This document shows positions 1 to 8,900 of a stretch of 64,000 nucleotides of DNA, piece after piece. A model generated the notes under the pieces. That model saw only the letters and a program-made list of their open reading frames with translations, was not told where the DNA came from and ran no database searches. Origin of the DNA: Spirochaetia bacterium (lineage in GTDB: Bacteria; Spirochaetota; Spirochaetia; SZUA-6; Bin103); assembly GCA_965198005.1 (NCBI GenBank), contig CBDAOI010000004.1, positions 2,080,001-2,144,000 on the forward strand, written 5' to 3'. Every line of letters starts with the position of its first letter. Position 1 is the stretch's first letter. A program made the translations under genes and the position numbers.

Positions 1-1
1 C

Positions 2-346
2 GCGCTGGAGCAGATGTTCTTTTCGCGCAACGTGCGCACGGCGTTCCCGGTGGCGCAGGCGCGGGGCGTGGCGATCCTGGTGCTCGCCCAGCGCGGCATT
101 CCGTATAGTGAGTACTCGCCCGGCGCGGTCAAGCAGGCTCTGGCGGGGCACAGCCGGGCCGACAAGAGCCAGATGGTGAATGCCGTCCGCCTGGTGCTCG
201 GGTTTGACGAGCATCCGATCAGCGACCACGGCGCCGACGCCCTGGCGGTGGCGCTGTGCCACGTGCAGCACGCGCCGGTGCGGGCGGCGCTGGCGCGGGC
301 GGCGCTGGCGCGGGCCGCGCGCACGCCCGCCGGGACCGAGGCTTAG
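2..346 (+). CDS. ruvC: Holliday junction resolvase RuvC (5'-partial, runs off window)
   Basis: Frame open from base 2 (ALEQMFFSRN). Motifs AQARGV, EYSPGAVKQAL, DHGADALAVALCH. Directly upstream of ruvA-ruvB. Confidence 0.93.
   Translation, partial: ALEQMFFSRNVRTAFPVAQARGVAILVLAQRGIPYSEYSPGAVKQALAGHSRADKSQMVNAVRLVLGFDEHPISDHGADALAVALCHVQHAPVRAALARAALARAARTPAGTEA
281..315 (+). repeat. 15-bp tandem repeat (CGGGCGGCGCTGGCG x2.3) encoding RAALA-RAALA-RA in the RuvC tail
   Basis: Exact copies at 281-295 and 296-310, partial copy from 311. Confidence 0.8.
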
Positions 347-349
347 GCC

Positions 350-982
350 ATGTGGAACAGCATCGCCGGCCGCCTGACCCATGCCGGGGTCGAGGTGGCC
401 CACCTGCAGGTCGGCGGCCTGGAATGGGAGATCCACACCTCGGTGCGCAGCATCGCGGCCCTGCCGGCGCCCGGCAGCGAGGTGAAGCTGTACACCTTCC
501 TGCATCACCGCGACGACCAGATGCGGCTGTACGGGTTCGTCACCGCGGCGGAGCGCAACCTGTTCCTGGACCTGTTGCGGGTGGACGGGGTCGGGCCGCG
601 GCTGGTGGTGCGCATCCTGTCGGGGATCGACGCGGCGGAGCTGGTGCAGGCGCTGGAGACCAGCGACCTGGAGCGGCTCATCCGGATTCCGGGGCTGGGC
701 AAGAGGACGGCGCAGAAGATGGTGCTCGCATTGCAGGGTAAGTTGACGCTGGCCCCGGCGCCGCCGGGCGCCGCCGAGCCGGCGCTGGAGAACGACATTA
801 CCGCGGCGCTGGTCAACCTGGGATTCGGCCAGCGGGAGGCGCGCGCCGCGGTGCGCGCGGCGCTCCGGGAGAGTGCCGGCAGCGGCGCTGCCGCCGGCGC
901 CGCGCGCGAGCAGGAGATCCTGCGCGCCGCCATCGCGCGCCTCAGCGCGCTCACCGGTGAGCGCGCCGGCAGCGGCCGATGA
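350..982 (+). CDS. ruvA: Holliday junction branch migration protein RuvA
   Basis: LYGF motif, HhH motifs VDGVGPR and IPGLGKRTAQK, C-terminal ALVNLGF. Sits between ruvC and ruvB. Confidence 0.95.
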   Translation: MWNSIAGRLTHAGVEVAHLQVGGLEWEIHTSVRSIAALPAPGSEVKLYTFLHHRDDQMRLYGFVTAAERNLFLDLLRVDGVGPRLVVRILSGIDAAELVQALETSDLERLIRIPGLGKRTAQKMVLALQGKLTLAPAPPGAAEPALENDITAALVNLGFGQREARAAVRAALRESAGSGAAAGAAREQEILRAAIARLSALTGERAGSGR

Positions 983-2007
983 GCGACCGGCCCGTAACCG
1001 GCTCCTACGTGCCGGGCGAGGACGGCGACGAGAGCAGCCTGCGCCCGAAGCTGCTGCGCGACTTCGTCGGCCAGCCCCGGCTGCGCGAAAACCTGGCGGT
1101 GTTCGTCGCCGCCGCGCGCGGCCGGTCCGAGAGCCTGGATCACGTGTTCTTCAGCGGCCCGCCCGGACTCGGCAAGACCACCCTGGCGGCCATCATCGCG
1201 CACGAGATGGGGGCGGAGCTGACCTCGACGTCGGCCCCGGCGCTGGAGAAGGCCGGCGACCTGGTGGCGATTCTGACCAACATCGGGGCCTACAACGTGT
1301 TCTTCATCGACGAGATCCACCGCCTGCGGCCGCCGGTGGAAGAACTGCTGTACACGGCGATGGAGGACCGCGAGATCGACGTCGTCATCGGCCAGGGGCC
1401 GGGGGCGCGGACCATCAAGATCCCGCTGCCGCCGTTCACGCTGGTGGGCGCCACCACCAAGACCGGGCTGGTGTCCGGCCCCCTGTACTCCCGCTTCGGG
1501 ATTACCGCGCGGCTCGACTTCTACGGCCCCGAGGAGATCGCGGCCATCATCCGCCGGTCGGCGGCCATCCTGGAGGTGGAGATGGCCCCCGAGGTGGTGG
1601 CCCGGGTCGCGGGCTGCGCGCGCGGCACGCCGCGCGTGGCCAACCGGCTGGTGCGGCGGATGCGCGACTTCGCCCAGGTCTGGAACAACGGCGCGGTGTC
1701 GCCCGAGATCGTGCGGCGCGGTCTGGAGGCGCTCGAAATCGACCACTACGGGCTGGACAAGGTGGACCGCATGATCCTCGACACCATCATCACCAAGTAC
1801 GACGGCGGCCCGGTGGGCTCGGAAACGCTGGCGATCTCGATCAGTGAAGCGGTCGACACCCTGGAGGACATCTACGAGCCCTACCTGATTCAGCGCGGGT
1901 TTCTGAAACGGACCGCGCGCGGGCGCGTGGTGACCCCGTTGGCCTACGAGCACCTGGGCAGGCGGCCGGATCAGGAAGGCGATGCAGACCAGCAGGTTAT
2001 GTTTTGA
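979..2007 (+). CDS. ruvB: Holliday junction DNA helicase RuvB
   Basis: LRP..L..FVGQ, Walker A GPPGLGKTT, Walker B FIDEIHR, RGTPRVANRL, EPYLIQ.GFL.RT.RGR. Confidence 0.97.
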   Translation: MSDRPVTGSYVPGEDGDESSLRPKLLRDFVGQPRLRENLAVFVAAARGRSESLDHVFFSGPPGLGKTTLAAIIAHEMGAELTSTSAPALEKAGDLVAILTNIGAYNVFFIDEIHRLRPPVEELLYTAMEDREIDVVIGQGPGARTIKIPLPPFTLVGATTKTGLVSGPLYSRFGITARLDFYGPEEIAAIIRRSAAILEVEMAPEVVARVAGCARGTPRVANRLVRRMRDFAQVWNNGAVSPEIVRRGLEALEIDHYGLDKVDRMILDTIITKYDGGPVGSETLAISISEAVDTLEDIYEPYLIQRGFLKRTARGRVVTPLAYEHLGRRPDQEGDADQQVMF

Positions 2008-3001
2008 GCTGCCGCCCGAGCTGATCGCGCAGCGGCCGGCGGCGCGCCGCGACCGGGCGCGCCTGATGGTGGTGGAACGGCGCGGCGGGCTGCGCCACAC
2101 CCGGATCGACCGGCTGCCCGCCCTGGTGCCGCCGGGCGCGGTGCTGGTGCTGAACGACACGCGCGTGCTGCACGCCCGGCTCACCGGACGGCTTGAGCGC
2201 GGGCGCGCGGTGCGGTTGCTGCTGCTGGAACCGCTGCCGGACGGCGCCGGCTGGCGCGCACTGGCCCGCGCCGCGCGCCGCCTGCACCCCGGCACGCGCA
2301 TCCTGCTGCCCGGCGGCGTGACCGCCACGGTCGGCGCGGGCGACGGACACGAGGGCATCGTCCTGGCCTGCACCCCGGCGCTCGACCCCGCCTATCTGCA
2401 GCGCCACGGCACGGTCCCGCTGCCGCCCTACGTCAAGCGCGCCGCCGACCGGGCCGATGCCGAGCGCTACCAGACGGTGTACGCCCGGCAGGCGGGGTCC
2501 GCGGCCGCCCCCACCGCCGGCCTGCACTTCACGGCCGCGCTGCTGGACCGACTGCGCGCGCGCGGCGTGACCGTGGCTACCGTCACTCTGCACGTCGGCC
2601 GCGGCACGTTCACGCCGATTCGGACCGCCACCGTGGAGCAGCACGCGATGCACCGCGAACGGTACTCGATACCGCAGTCGACCGCGGCGGCGATCGCGCG
2701 CGCGCGCCGGGCGCGGCAGCCGGTGGTGGCGGTGGGCACCACGGTGGTGCGAACGCTGGAATCGGCCTGGAACGGCGCGGGAGTGCAACCCGGGCCGGCC
2801 GGCACCGACCTGTTCATCTACCCCGGATTCCGGTTTCGGGTGGTGGACCAGCTCCTGACCAACTTCCACACCCCCCGGTCGTCGCTGCTGGCGCTGGTCT
2901 GCGCGCTGGCGGGCGAGGAACGCATCCGCGACGCCTACGCGGTTGCCGTTCGCCGGCGCTACCGCTTGTTCTCGTACGGCGACGCCATGCTCATCCGTTG
3001 A
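1982..3001 (+). CDS. queA: S-adenosylmethionine:tRNA ribosyltransferase-isomerase QueA
   Basis: LPPELIAQRP, PLPPY, YQTVYA, GSAAAPTAGLHF, TNFHTPRSSL, YRLFSYGDAMLI. Confidence 0.96.
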   Translation: MQTSRLCFELPPELIAQRPAARRDRARLMVVERRGGLRHTRIDRLPALVPPGAVLVLNDTRVLHARLTGRLERGRAVRLLLLEPLPDGAGWRALARAARRLHPGTRILLPGGVTATVGAGDGHEGIVLACTPALDPAYLQRHGTVPLPPYVKRAADRADAERYQTVYARQAGSAAAPTAGLHFTAALLDRLRARGVTVATVTLHVGRGTFTPIRTATVEQHAMHRERYSIPQSTAAAIARARRARQPVVAVGTTVVRTLESAWNGAGVQPGPAGTDLFIYPGFRFRVVDQLLTNFHTPRSSLLALVCALAGEERIRDAYAVAVRRRYRLFSYGDAMLIR

Positions 3002-3121
3002 CGGGCGGTCGGCCCGGCCGCAACCGCCGGCCCGCCGGGCGCTTGGACACGGCAGGCATGGCGCGGGTACCATTGTAATATGGAATCGGTGGCGAACCGA
3101 GACGGCGTCAGCGCGGCTCCG

Positions 3122-3751
3122 TCAGCCCGGCTCCAGGTGACGCCAGATGCGCGCGAACACCGCGCCGCGGTCGCCGGTGCCGTCGATGGTGTGGACCGCG
3201 ACCCCGAGCCGGGCGAACTGTTCCAGCACCTCCGCGTAGCGCGCGCGCAGCCGGCGTTGGCGCGCCGGGTCGTCGAACAGCTCGAGCTGGCGGCGCGCGG
3301 CCAGGCGGCGTTGGCACAGTTCGGGCGGCGTGTCGACGTAGAACAGGTGGCGCGGCAGCGGAAACCGCTGGTTCAGGGCGGCAACGTAGTCGGGAGAGCA
3401 CTCCAATGATTGATAGACCAGACTGGAGAACAGATAGCGGTCGCTGGCCACGTAGTCGCCGGCGCGGAGCCGGGCAACGATCCCGCCGGGCTCCCGGTAC
3501 AGGTGCTCGGTCCGGTCCGCCGCGAACAGCAGCGCGAGCGCGCACGCCGTCACCCGCAGGTCGCCCCGCAGCACGTCCCGGATCACCCGGCCGATCGGGC
3601 CGCCGGTGGGCTCGCAGGTAGCGCAACACTGGTCGCCGCGCCGGTCCAAGGCTGCCCGCAGCAACTCCAACTGGGTGGTGGTGCCCGCACCGTCGAGCCC
3701 CTCCAGCACGATGAATCGGTCGAGAATGGTGCCCTGCCAGTTCCGTGCCAC
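3122..3751 (-). CDS. tmk: Thymidylate kinase
   Basis: FIVLEGLDGAGTTTQ, EPTGGPIG, LLFAADR, SDRYLFSSLVYQ. Start re-picked at GTG 3751 because the track ORF 3122..4228 is over-extended. Confidence 0.88.
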   Translation of the reverse strand: MARNWQGTILDRFIVLEGLDGAGTTTQLELLRAALDRRGDQCCATCEPTGGPIGRVIRDVLRGDLRVTACALALLFAADRTEHLYREPGGIVARLRAGDYVASDRYLFSSLVYQSLECSPDYVAALNQRFPLPRHLFYVDTPPELCQRRLAARRQLELFDDPARQRRLRARYAEVLEQFARLGVAVHTIDGTGDRGAVFARIWRHLEPG

Positions 3752-3775
3752 GACGCCGCCGGCGCAGTGTACACC

Positions 3776-4258
3776 ATGCCGCACACCAGCGCGCAGAGCG
3801 TAAGCCGCAGCGTCATGCTGCCGGTGCTGCCGGTACTGCCGGTACTGCCGGTACTGCTGCTGGTGCTGCTGGTGCCGGCCGGGACCGGCGCGGCCCAGTC
3901 GCCGCCGGCCCCGCCGGTCGAGCTGCAGATCCCCGACCTGACGGTGACCGCCGAGGACCCGCTCATTCTGCTGCCGCCCCTGCCGCCCCTGGGTCCCGCC
4001 GGCCCCCTGCCGCCGATCCTGGTGCCCGAGCTGGTCCTGGTTCCGGTGACGCTGGCCGAGCGCCCGGTGCGCGCCGCCGTGCCCGGTCCCATGCTCCCCG
4101 CCGCGCGCGCGGTGTTGCGGTCGGTGCTCGCTGCCGCGGGGCCGGCAACCGCCCGCGGCGCCTTCGATGAGGTTCGGCACCGGCTCATGACCCTGCAGCC
4201 GGTGCTCTACGCCTCCGCCGCAGGTCACGGCAACCGGTACCTTGCGAGCTCGCCATGA
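3776..4258 (+). CDS. Hypothetical secreted Pro-rich protein with TonB-box-like motif (PDLTVTA)
   Basis: Signal-peptide-like N-terminus (LLLVLLVPAGTGAA|QS). Stop overlaps the exbB ATG (ATGA 4255-4258). Start is ATG 3776 or 3815. Confidence 0.55.
   Translation: MPHTSAQSVSRSVMLPVLPVLPVLPVLLLVLLVPAGTGAAQSPPAPPVELQIPDLTVTAEDPLILLPPLPPLGPAGPLPPILVPELVLVPVTLAERPVRAAVPGPMLPAARAVLRSVLAAAGPATARGAFDEVRHRLMTLQPVLYASAAGHGNRYLASSP
3818..3853 (+). repeat. 9-bp tandem repeat CTGCCGGT[G/A] x4 (LPV x4) in the signal peptide
   Basis: ctgccggtg ctgccggta ctgccggta ctgccggta, read directly. Confidence 0.85.
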
Positions 4259-4860
4259 TCAGTCTGATCGCGCAGGGCGGGTTCCTGCTCATTCCGATCC
4301 TGCTGTTGTCGCTGATCGCGGTGTTCCTGATCGTCGAGCGCTCACTGTACTACTGGCAGGTACGCGAGCCGGAGCGGGACCTGGCCGCCACCGTGCTGGC
4401 CGCGCTGTCCCGCACCTCGCCGGCGGAGCTGAACGCCCGGCTGGCGGGCAAGCGCTCGCCTGAAGCCCGCGTGCTGCGGGCCGCGCTGTCCGGCGGCGTG
4501 CACCGCGGGCCGCCCGCCCACCGCCGCGCGCTCGACACCATCGTGGTGCGGGAGATCACCGCGCTGGAGCGCAATGTCCCGTACCTGCAGAGCATCGCCA
4601 ACATCGCCACCCTGCTGGGCCTGCTCGGCACCGTGCTCGGGATGATCGTGTCGTTCGTCAATATGCGCGCCGCCGGCAGCGCCGATCTGGCGGCGCTGTC
4701 GGGCGGCATCGCCCAGGCCCTGATCACCACCGCCGCCGGGCTCACCGTGGCCATCCCCAGCACCCTGTTCCATCACCTGTTCGCGCACCACCTCCACCGT
4801 TCGGTTGCCCGCCTCAACCTGGTGGTGAGCGAGCTCGCCGCCCACACCGGCCATGGCTGA
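4255..4860 (+). CDS. exbB: MotA/TolQ/ExbB proton channel protein
   Basis: IATLLGLLGTVLGMIVSF and GGIAQALITTAAGLTVAIP signature helices. Followed by exbD and tonB. Confidence 0.88.
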   Translation: MISLIAQGGFLLIPILLLSLIAVFLIVERSLYYWQVREPERDLAATVLAALSRTSPAELNARLAGKRSPEARVLRAALSGGVHRGPPAHRRALDTIVVREITALERNVPYLQSIANIATLLGLLGTVLGMIVSFVNMRAAGSADLAALSGGIAQALITTAAGLTVAIPSTLFHHLFAHHLHRSVARLNLVVSELAAHTGHG

Positions 4861-5278
4861 CGAACCCCGGCGCTACCGCAGCGCACTGATCACCGGCGGC
4901 TCGCTGCCGCTGACGCCGCTGATCGACGTGGTGTTCCTGATCGTGGTGTTCTTCATGATCAACGCGACCTTCGCCGTTCATTCCGTGATCCCCGTGGAGC
5001 TTCCCGGCGCCGACGCGGGGGCGGTTGCCGGCGCCCGCGCGCTGGTCATCACCGTCGCCGCCGACGGCCGCATCTTCGTGGAGCACGCCGGCGCCACGAG
5101 CGCGGTCGCGCTGCCTGACCTGCGCGACCTGCTGCCCGGCGCGGACCACGGCCGGGTCGTCCTGCGCGGCGATGCGCGGGCGCCCTACGGCCGGCTGGTC
5201 GAGGTACTGGACGCCGTGCGCGCGGCCGGCGTCACCGACCTGGAACTGGTGACCGTGACCGCCCCCACCGGCTCGTGA
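4853..5278 (+). CDS. exbD: ExbD/TolR biopolymer transport protein
   Basis: LTPLIDVVFLIVVFFMI TM helix with the conserved Asp; periplasmic LRGDARAPYGRLVEVLD. Confidence 0.9.
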   Translation: MADEPRRYRSALITGGSLPLTPLIDVVFLIVVFFMINATFAVHSVIPVELPGADAGAVAGARALVITVAADGRIFVEHAGATSAVALPDLRDLLPGADHGRVVLRGDARAPYGRLVEVLDAVRAAGVTDLELVTVTAPTGS

Positions 5279-5973
5279 CCGCAACCCGCCAGGCGCACGC
5301 GGCAATCGCCAGCGTCGCGCTCCACCTCATGGCGCTGGCCGCACTGGTGCTGGTGCGGCCGCCGGCAGCCGACCCGCCGCGGCCGCCGGTGCTGCGGCTG
5401 AACTTGACCGGCTTCGGCGCGGCCGCGGAGGCACCGCCCGCGCCCGCACCACGGTCTACCGAGACCCCCGCGCCGCCTGCTCCCGAACCGGCGGCTCCGC
5501 CCACGCCGCCGGCCGCCACCCCGAACTCCGCCGGCCAGCCCGCCCCGGCCGCGGGCGCCGCCGCGGAGTCGGTCGCGGAGCGGTTGCCGCCGGCCGCGGC
5601 GCCCGCGCATCCGGCCGGCAGCGCGGAGGTCTCCACCCCGCCCCGAAACCCGCCGGCCGCCGCGGCCGGCGCTCTGATAGAATGGCACGATGCCGAAGCA
5701 CGGGCGGCGGTGCGCGCGTTCACGCTGGAGTATCCGGCGGTGCTGCGCGCCAACGGCCTGGAGGCGGACGTCGTCGCGGAGATGACGGTAGCCGCCGACG
5801 GCAGCGTGACCGCGGTCGAGATCCGGACCAGCTCCGGTTTCAGTACGGTTGACGCCGCGGTCCTGCAGGCGTTGCGCCGCCACCTGTTCGCGGCCGCGAA
5901 CGGCGCCGCCACCGCTACGGTACGGGTAAACTTCCGCATGCGGCGATCGTTCTGGAGCGGACAATTTGAATAA
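5275..5973 (+). CDS. tonB: Energy transducer TonB family protein
   Basis: N-terminal TM with SxxxH (SVALH), Pro/Ala-rich linker, TonB_C-like domain (YP...G....V..DGSV..V.I.TSSG...D.A). Confidence 0.8.
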   Translation: MTATRQAHAAIASVALHLMALAALVLVRPPAADPPRPPVLRLNLTGFGAAAEAPPAPAPRSTETPAPPAPEPAAPPTPPAATPNSAGQPAPAAGAAAESVAERLPPAAAPAHPAGSAEVSTPPRNPPAAAAGALIEWHDAEARAAVRAFTLEYPAVLRANGLEADVVAEMTVAADGSVTAVEIRTSSGFSTVDAAVLQALRRHLFAAANGAATATVRVNFRMRRSFWSGQFE

Positions 5974-8900
5974 CGGCAACCGGCGCGGGCGGCCCTGGCG
6001 GCGCCGGCGCTGGCGCCCGTCGGTGGTCGAGCTGGCGCTCGTGGCGCTGCTGCTGGCGGGACTCGGCGCCGGGGCGCGCACGCTCGGCGCCTTTATCGAA
6101 GAGAGCATGGCGCAGTTGCGCGACGACACGATGGCCATGCTGAACGCCCGCATCGGGCGCCAGATCACGTACGGCCGCATTTCGCCGTCACTGCTGCGCG
6201 CGTTCGAGATTCGCGATCTCACGATCTTCAGCGCCAACCGTCCGGATGAGCCGCTGCTGTCGATCAATCGGATCCGTATCCGGTACAGCCTGACGCGGCT
6301 CATCCTCGCCCGCGACCCGGTCGCCGCGCTGCGCGAGATCCAGTTGTTGAACTCGGACTTCACGGTCAACCTGAACCGCGACCAGGAACTGCGTGAGTTT
6401 CTCGGCCAGCTCAGCTATCCGGTACGCGCGACGCCGGGCGCCGCGGAGCCCGCAGACGGGGCGGTCGACCTCTCCGGCGCCAACCTGGGCCTGGTCATCG
6501 AACAGGACGGGTACCGGTTGATCGTGGAGCAACTGTTCTTCCGGGCGCGCGCCGGCGACCGGGTACGGATCACCGCCCGCGGCCGTCTGAGCGCGCGGCT
6601 GCCGGCCAGCGCGGCGATCGGCCCGCTGCTCGGCGGCCAGCTCGACGCTCAGGTCCAGGTCGATGGCCACGTCGCCAACGACCTGAGCGCAGCCGAGCTG
6701 AGCGTGCGGCTCGACGATCTTGCGACCCCCGCGGTTTCCGTCAGCGCGCAGGAACTGCGATTTACGCTGCGCGACGAGGTGGTGCAGGTGGCCAGCGCGG
6801 AGCAGGGTGGCGCCCTGGAACTGGCGCTGACCCACGATCCGGGTACCGGCCGGACTGAGCTGCGCTACTCCTGCGTGGCCCTCCCGGTCGCCGATCTGGT
6901 CACGCTGCACGCGCCGCCGGCCGTGCTCGAGCCGTTGCTCGCCGCCGTGGTCACCGGTTCCGGGCGGGTGTGGACGGCGCCCGACTCGACCGGCGGCGTC
7001 CGCTACGAGGCCGATCTCCAGGGCCGCATTCCGCGCGGCGCGAACAGCCCGCCGGGCACGGTCGCGGTGCGGGTCCACAGCGAACCGGACGGCGTCATTG
7101 TCGATCGCCTGGTGGTCGATACCGAGCGGGGAGGAATACGATTCACCGGCGATCTGCTGCACGACCGCTTTCTTCCCGACGGCACGCTGGAGCTGAGGGC
7201 GCTCGACCTGGGACTCCCGCACCGCCTCGACGCGCGGATGACGATAACCCGCGACGGAGAGCGGTTGCTGCTGCACAGCGATTACGTCGCCATCGGCGCG
7301 ACCACGGTCCCGGAACTCACCGTAGAGCTGCGACCGGCAACCGCCGAGTCGCTGGCCTACCACTATCGGCTCGCCGCGCGGGTGGCCCAGCCGGCCGCCA
7401 ACGCCATCACCGCACGCGGCCTGCTGAACCTGGCGGGCGGCCTGACCCTGTCCCTGGCGAGCACGGTCGAGGGCTTGTCCGCCGACCACGCGTACCGGCT
7501 GCTTACCCCCGAGAGCAACCGGGTGCCGTGGCTGGCGCGGGTTCTGCCGCGGCTCACGCTCGGGGCGGAGATCGATGCCACCACCGACTTTCGGACCATG
7601 CTGCTGCGGCGCGCGTCCGTGCACCTCGGCGACGCCGAACAACCGGACCACACGGTCACCTTCGGTCTGACCTCCACCGAGCGCGGGCTGCTGATCGACC
7701 GGATGACGGCGGACTGGCGCGGGATCGCGCTGCGCGGCGGCGCCCGCCTGACCGCCGCTGGCAACGGCGTATGGGAACTGGACACCGACGGACTCACGGT
7801 AAACGGGGAGTCGTACGAATTGCACGGCCGGCTGCACCCCGCGGGGGTGAACCTCACCGGCAGCCACGAGCTGCGAGTGACCGCCACCGTCGACGCCGAC
7901 GGCCTGCGGGTGCGCGGCGCCGCCACCCGCCTGCCGTTGCCGCTGCCGCGGCCCGCCCACGCCGCGGCACCGCGCGTGACGCTGGAATTCGAGGGACAGG
8001 TGGCGGACGACGACTGGTCGCTGCGCAGCGACCGTATGGTGGTGACCGGAATCCCGTTGCAGATCCTGGCCGACGCCCGCCTGGAGCTGGGGTTCGAGGC
8101 GAATCCGCAGGAGCTGCGGCTGACCGGCATTACCTACCGCGACTCGATGACCGAACTGCAGGGTACCGGCTCCTTCAGATTCTCCGACGGCCTCGGCTCG
8201 CTCGCCGGAAGCGGCGCGCTGGCGCTGTCCGGGGCCCGCGAAAACTACAACCTCGCCCTGACCATGACCGGGGATGGCGTCGACCTCACCGTGCAGGGCA
8301 GCGGACTGCCGCTGGCGCGGCTTGGCGAACTTCCCGTGGACGGCACCCTGGGCGGGCGGGCGCGCATTACCGGATCGTTGCAGCAGCCGCGGGTGAGCGC
8401 GGAGCTGGACCTGGAAAACGGCCGCCTGAATGCCGATCCGGTGCGCTTGAACGCCCGCGTCGAATTGGTGGAGCAGGTGCTCACGGTACACGACCTGAAT
8501 GCCGAACTGTACAGCCACCGGCTGCGCGGCGGGACCGGGGCGATCGATCTGAACCGGGGGACGCTCGCCTTCGGGGCCGACTACCGCGCGCACCACTTCG
8601 GCGACTCGGTTGCGGCCCGGCTGGTGCTCAGGTCGGACGATTTCATGCTGTCCCTCCCGGAATCGCTGGCGGATACGCCCCGCTTGGCGTTGGCCGACGT
8701 GGTGCATGCGGTACTGCAGGCCGAGTCGCTGAGCGTGAACGGAGAACCGGTGCCGTCGTGGACGGTGCAATTCCGGCTCGAACAGGTGGTTGCCGGCCGC
8801 GAGCCCTCCGGCGCTGCCGCCGCCGCCGGATCCCGCCTGCGGTTCAACGGCGGCCCGGGCGGCGCGTTCTCGGGCCATCTGCAAACCGACGGCGGCTTCG

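Noticed and set aside
3080..3409. ORF 3080..3409 (+) as a real protein
   Set aside because: All but the first ~14 codons are the antisense shadow of tmk. Only the upstream signal is kept, as a low-interest finding.
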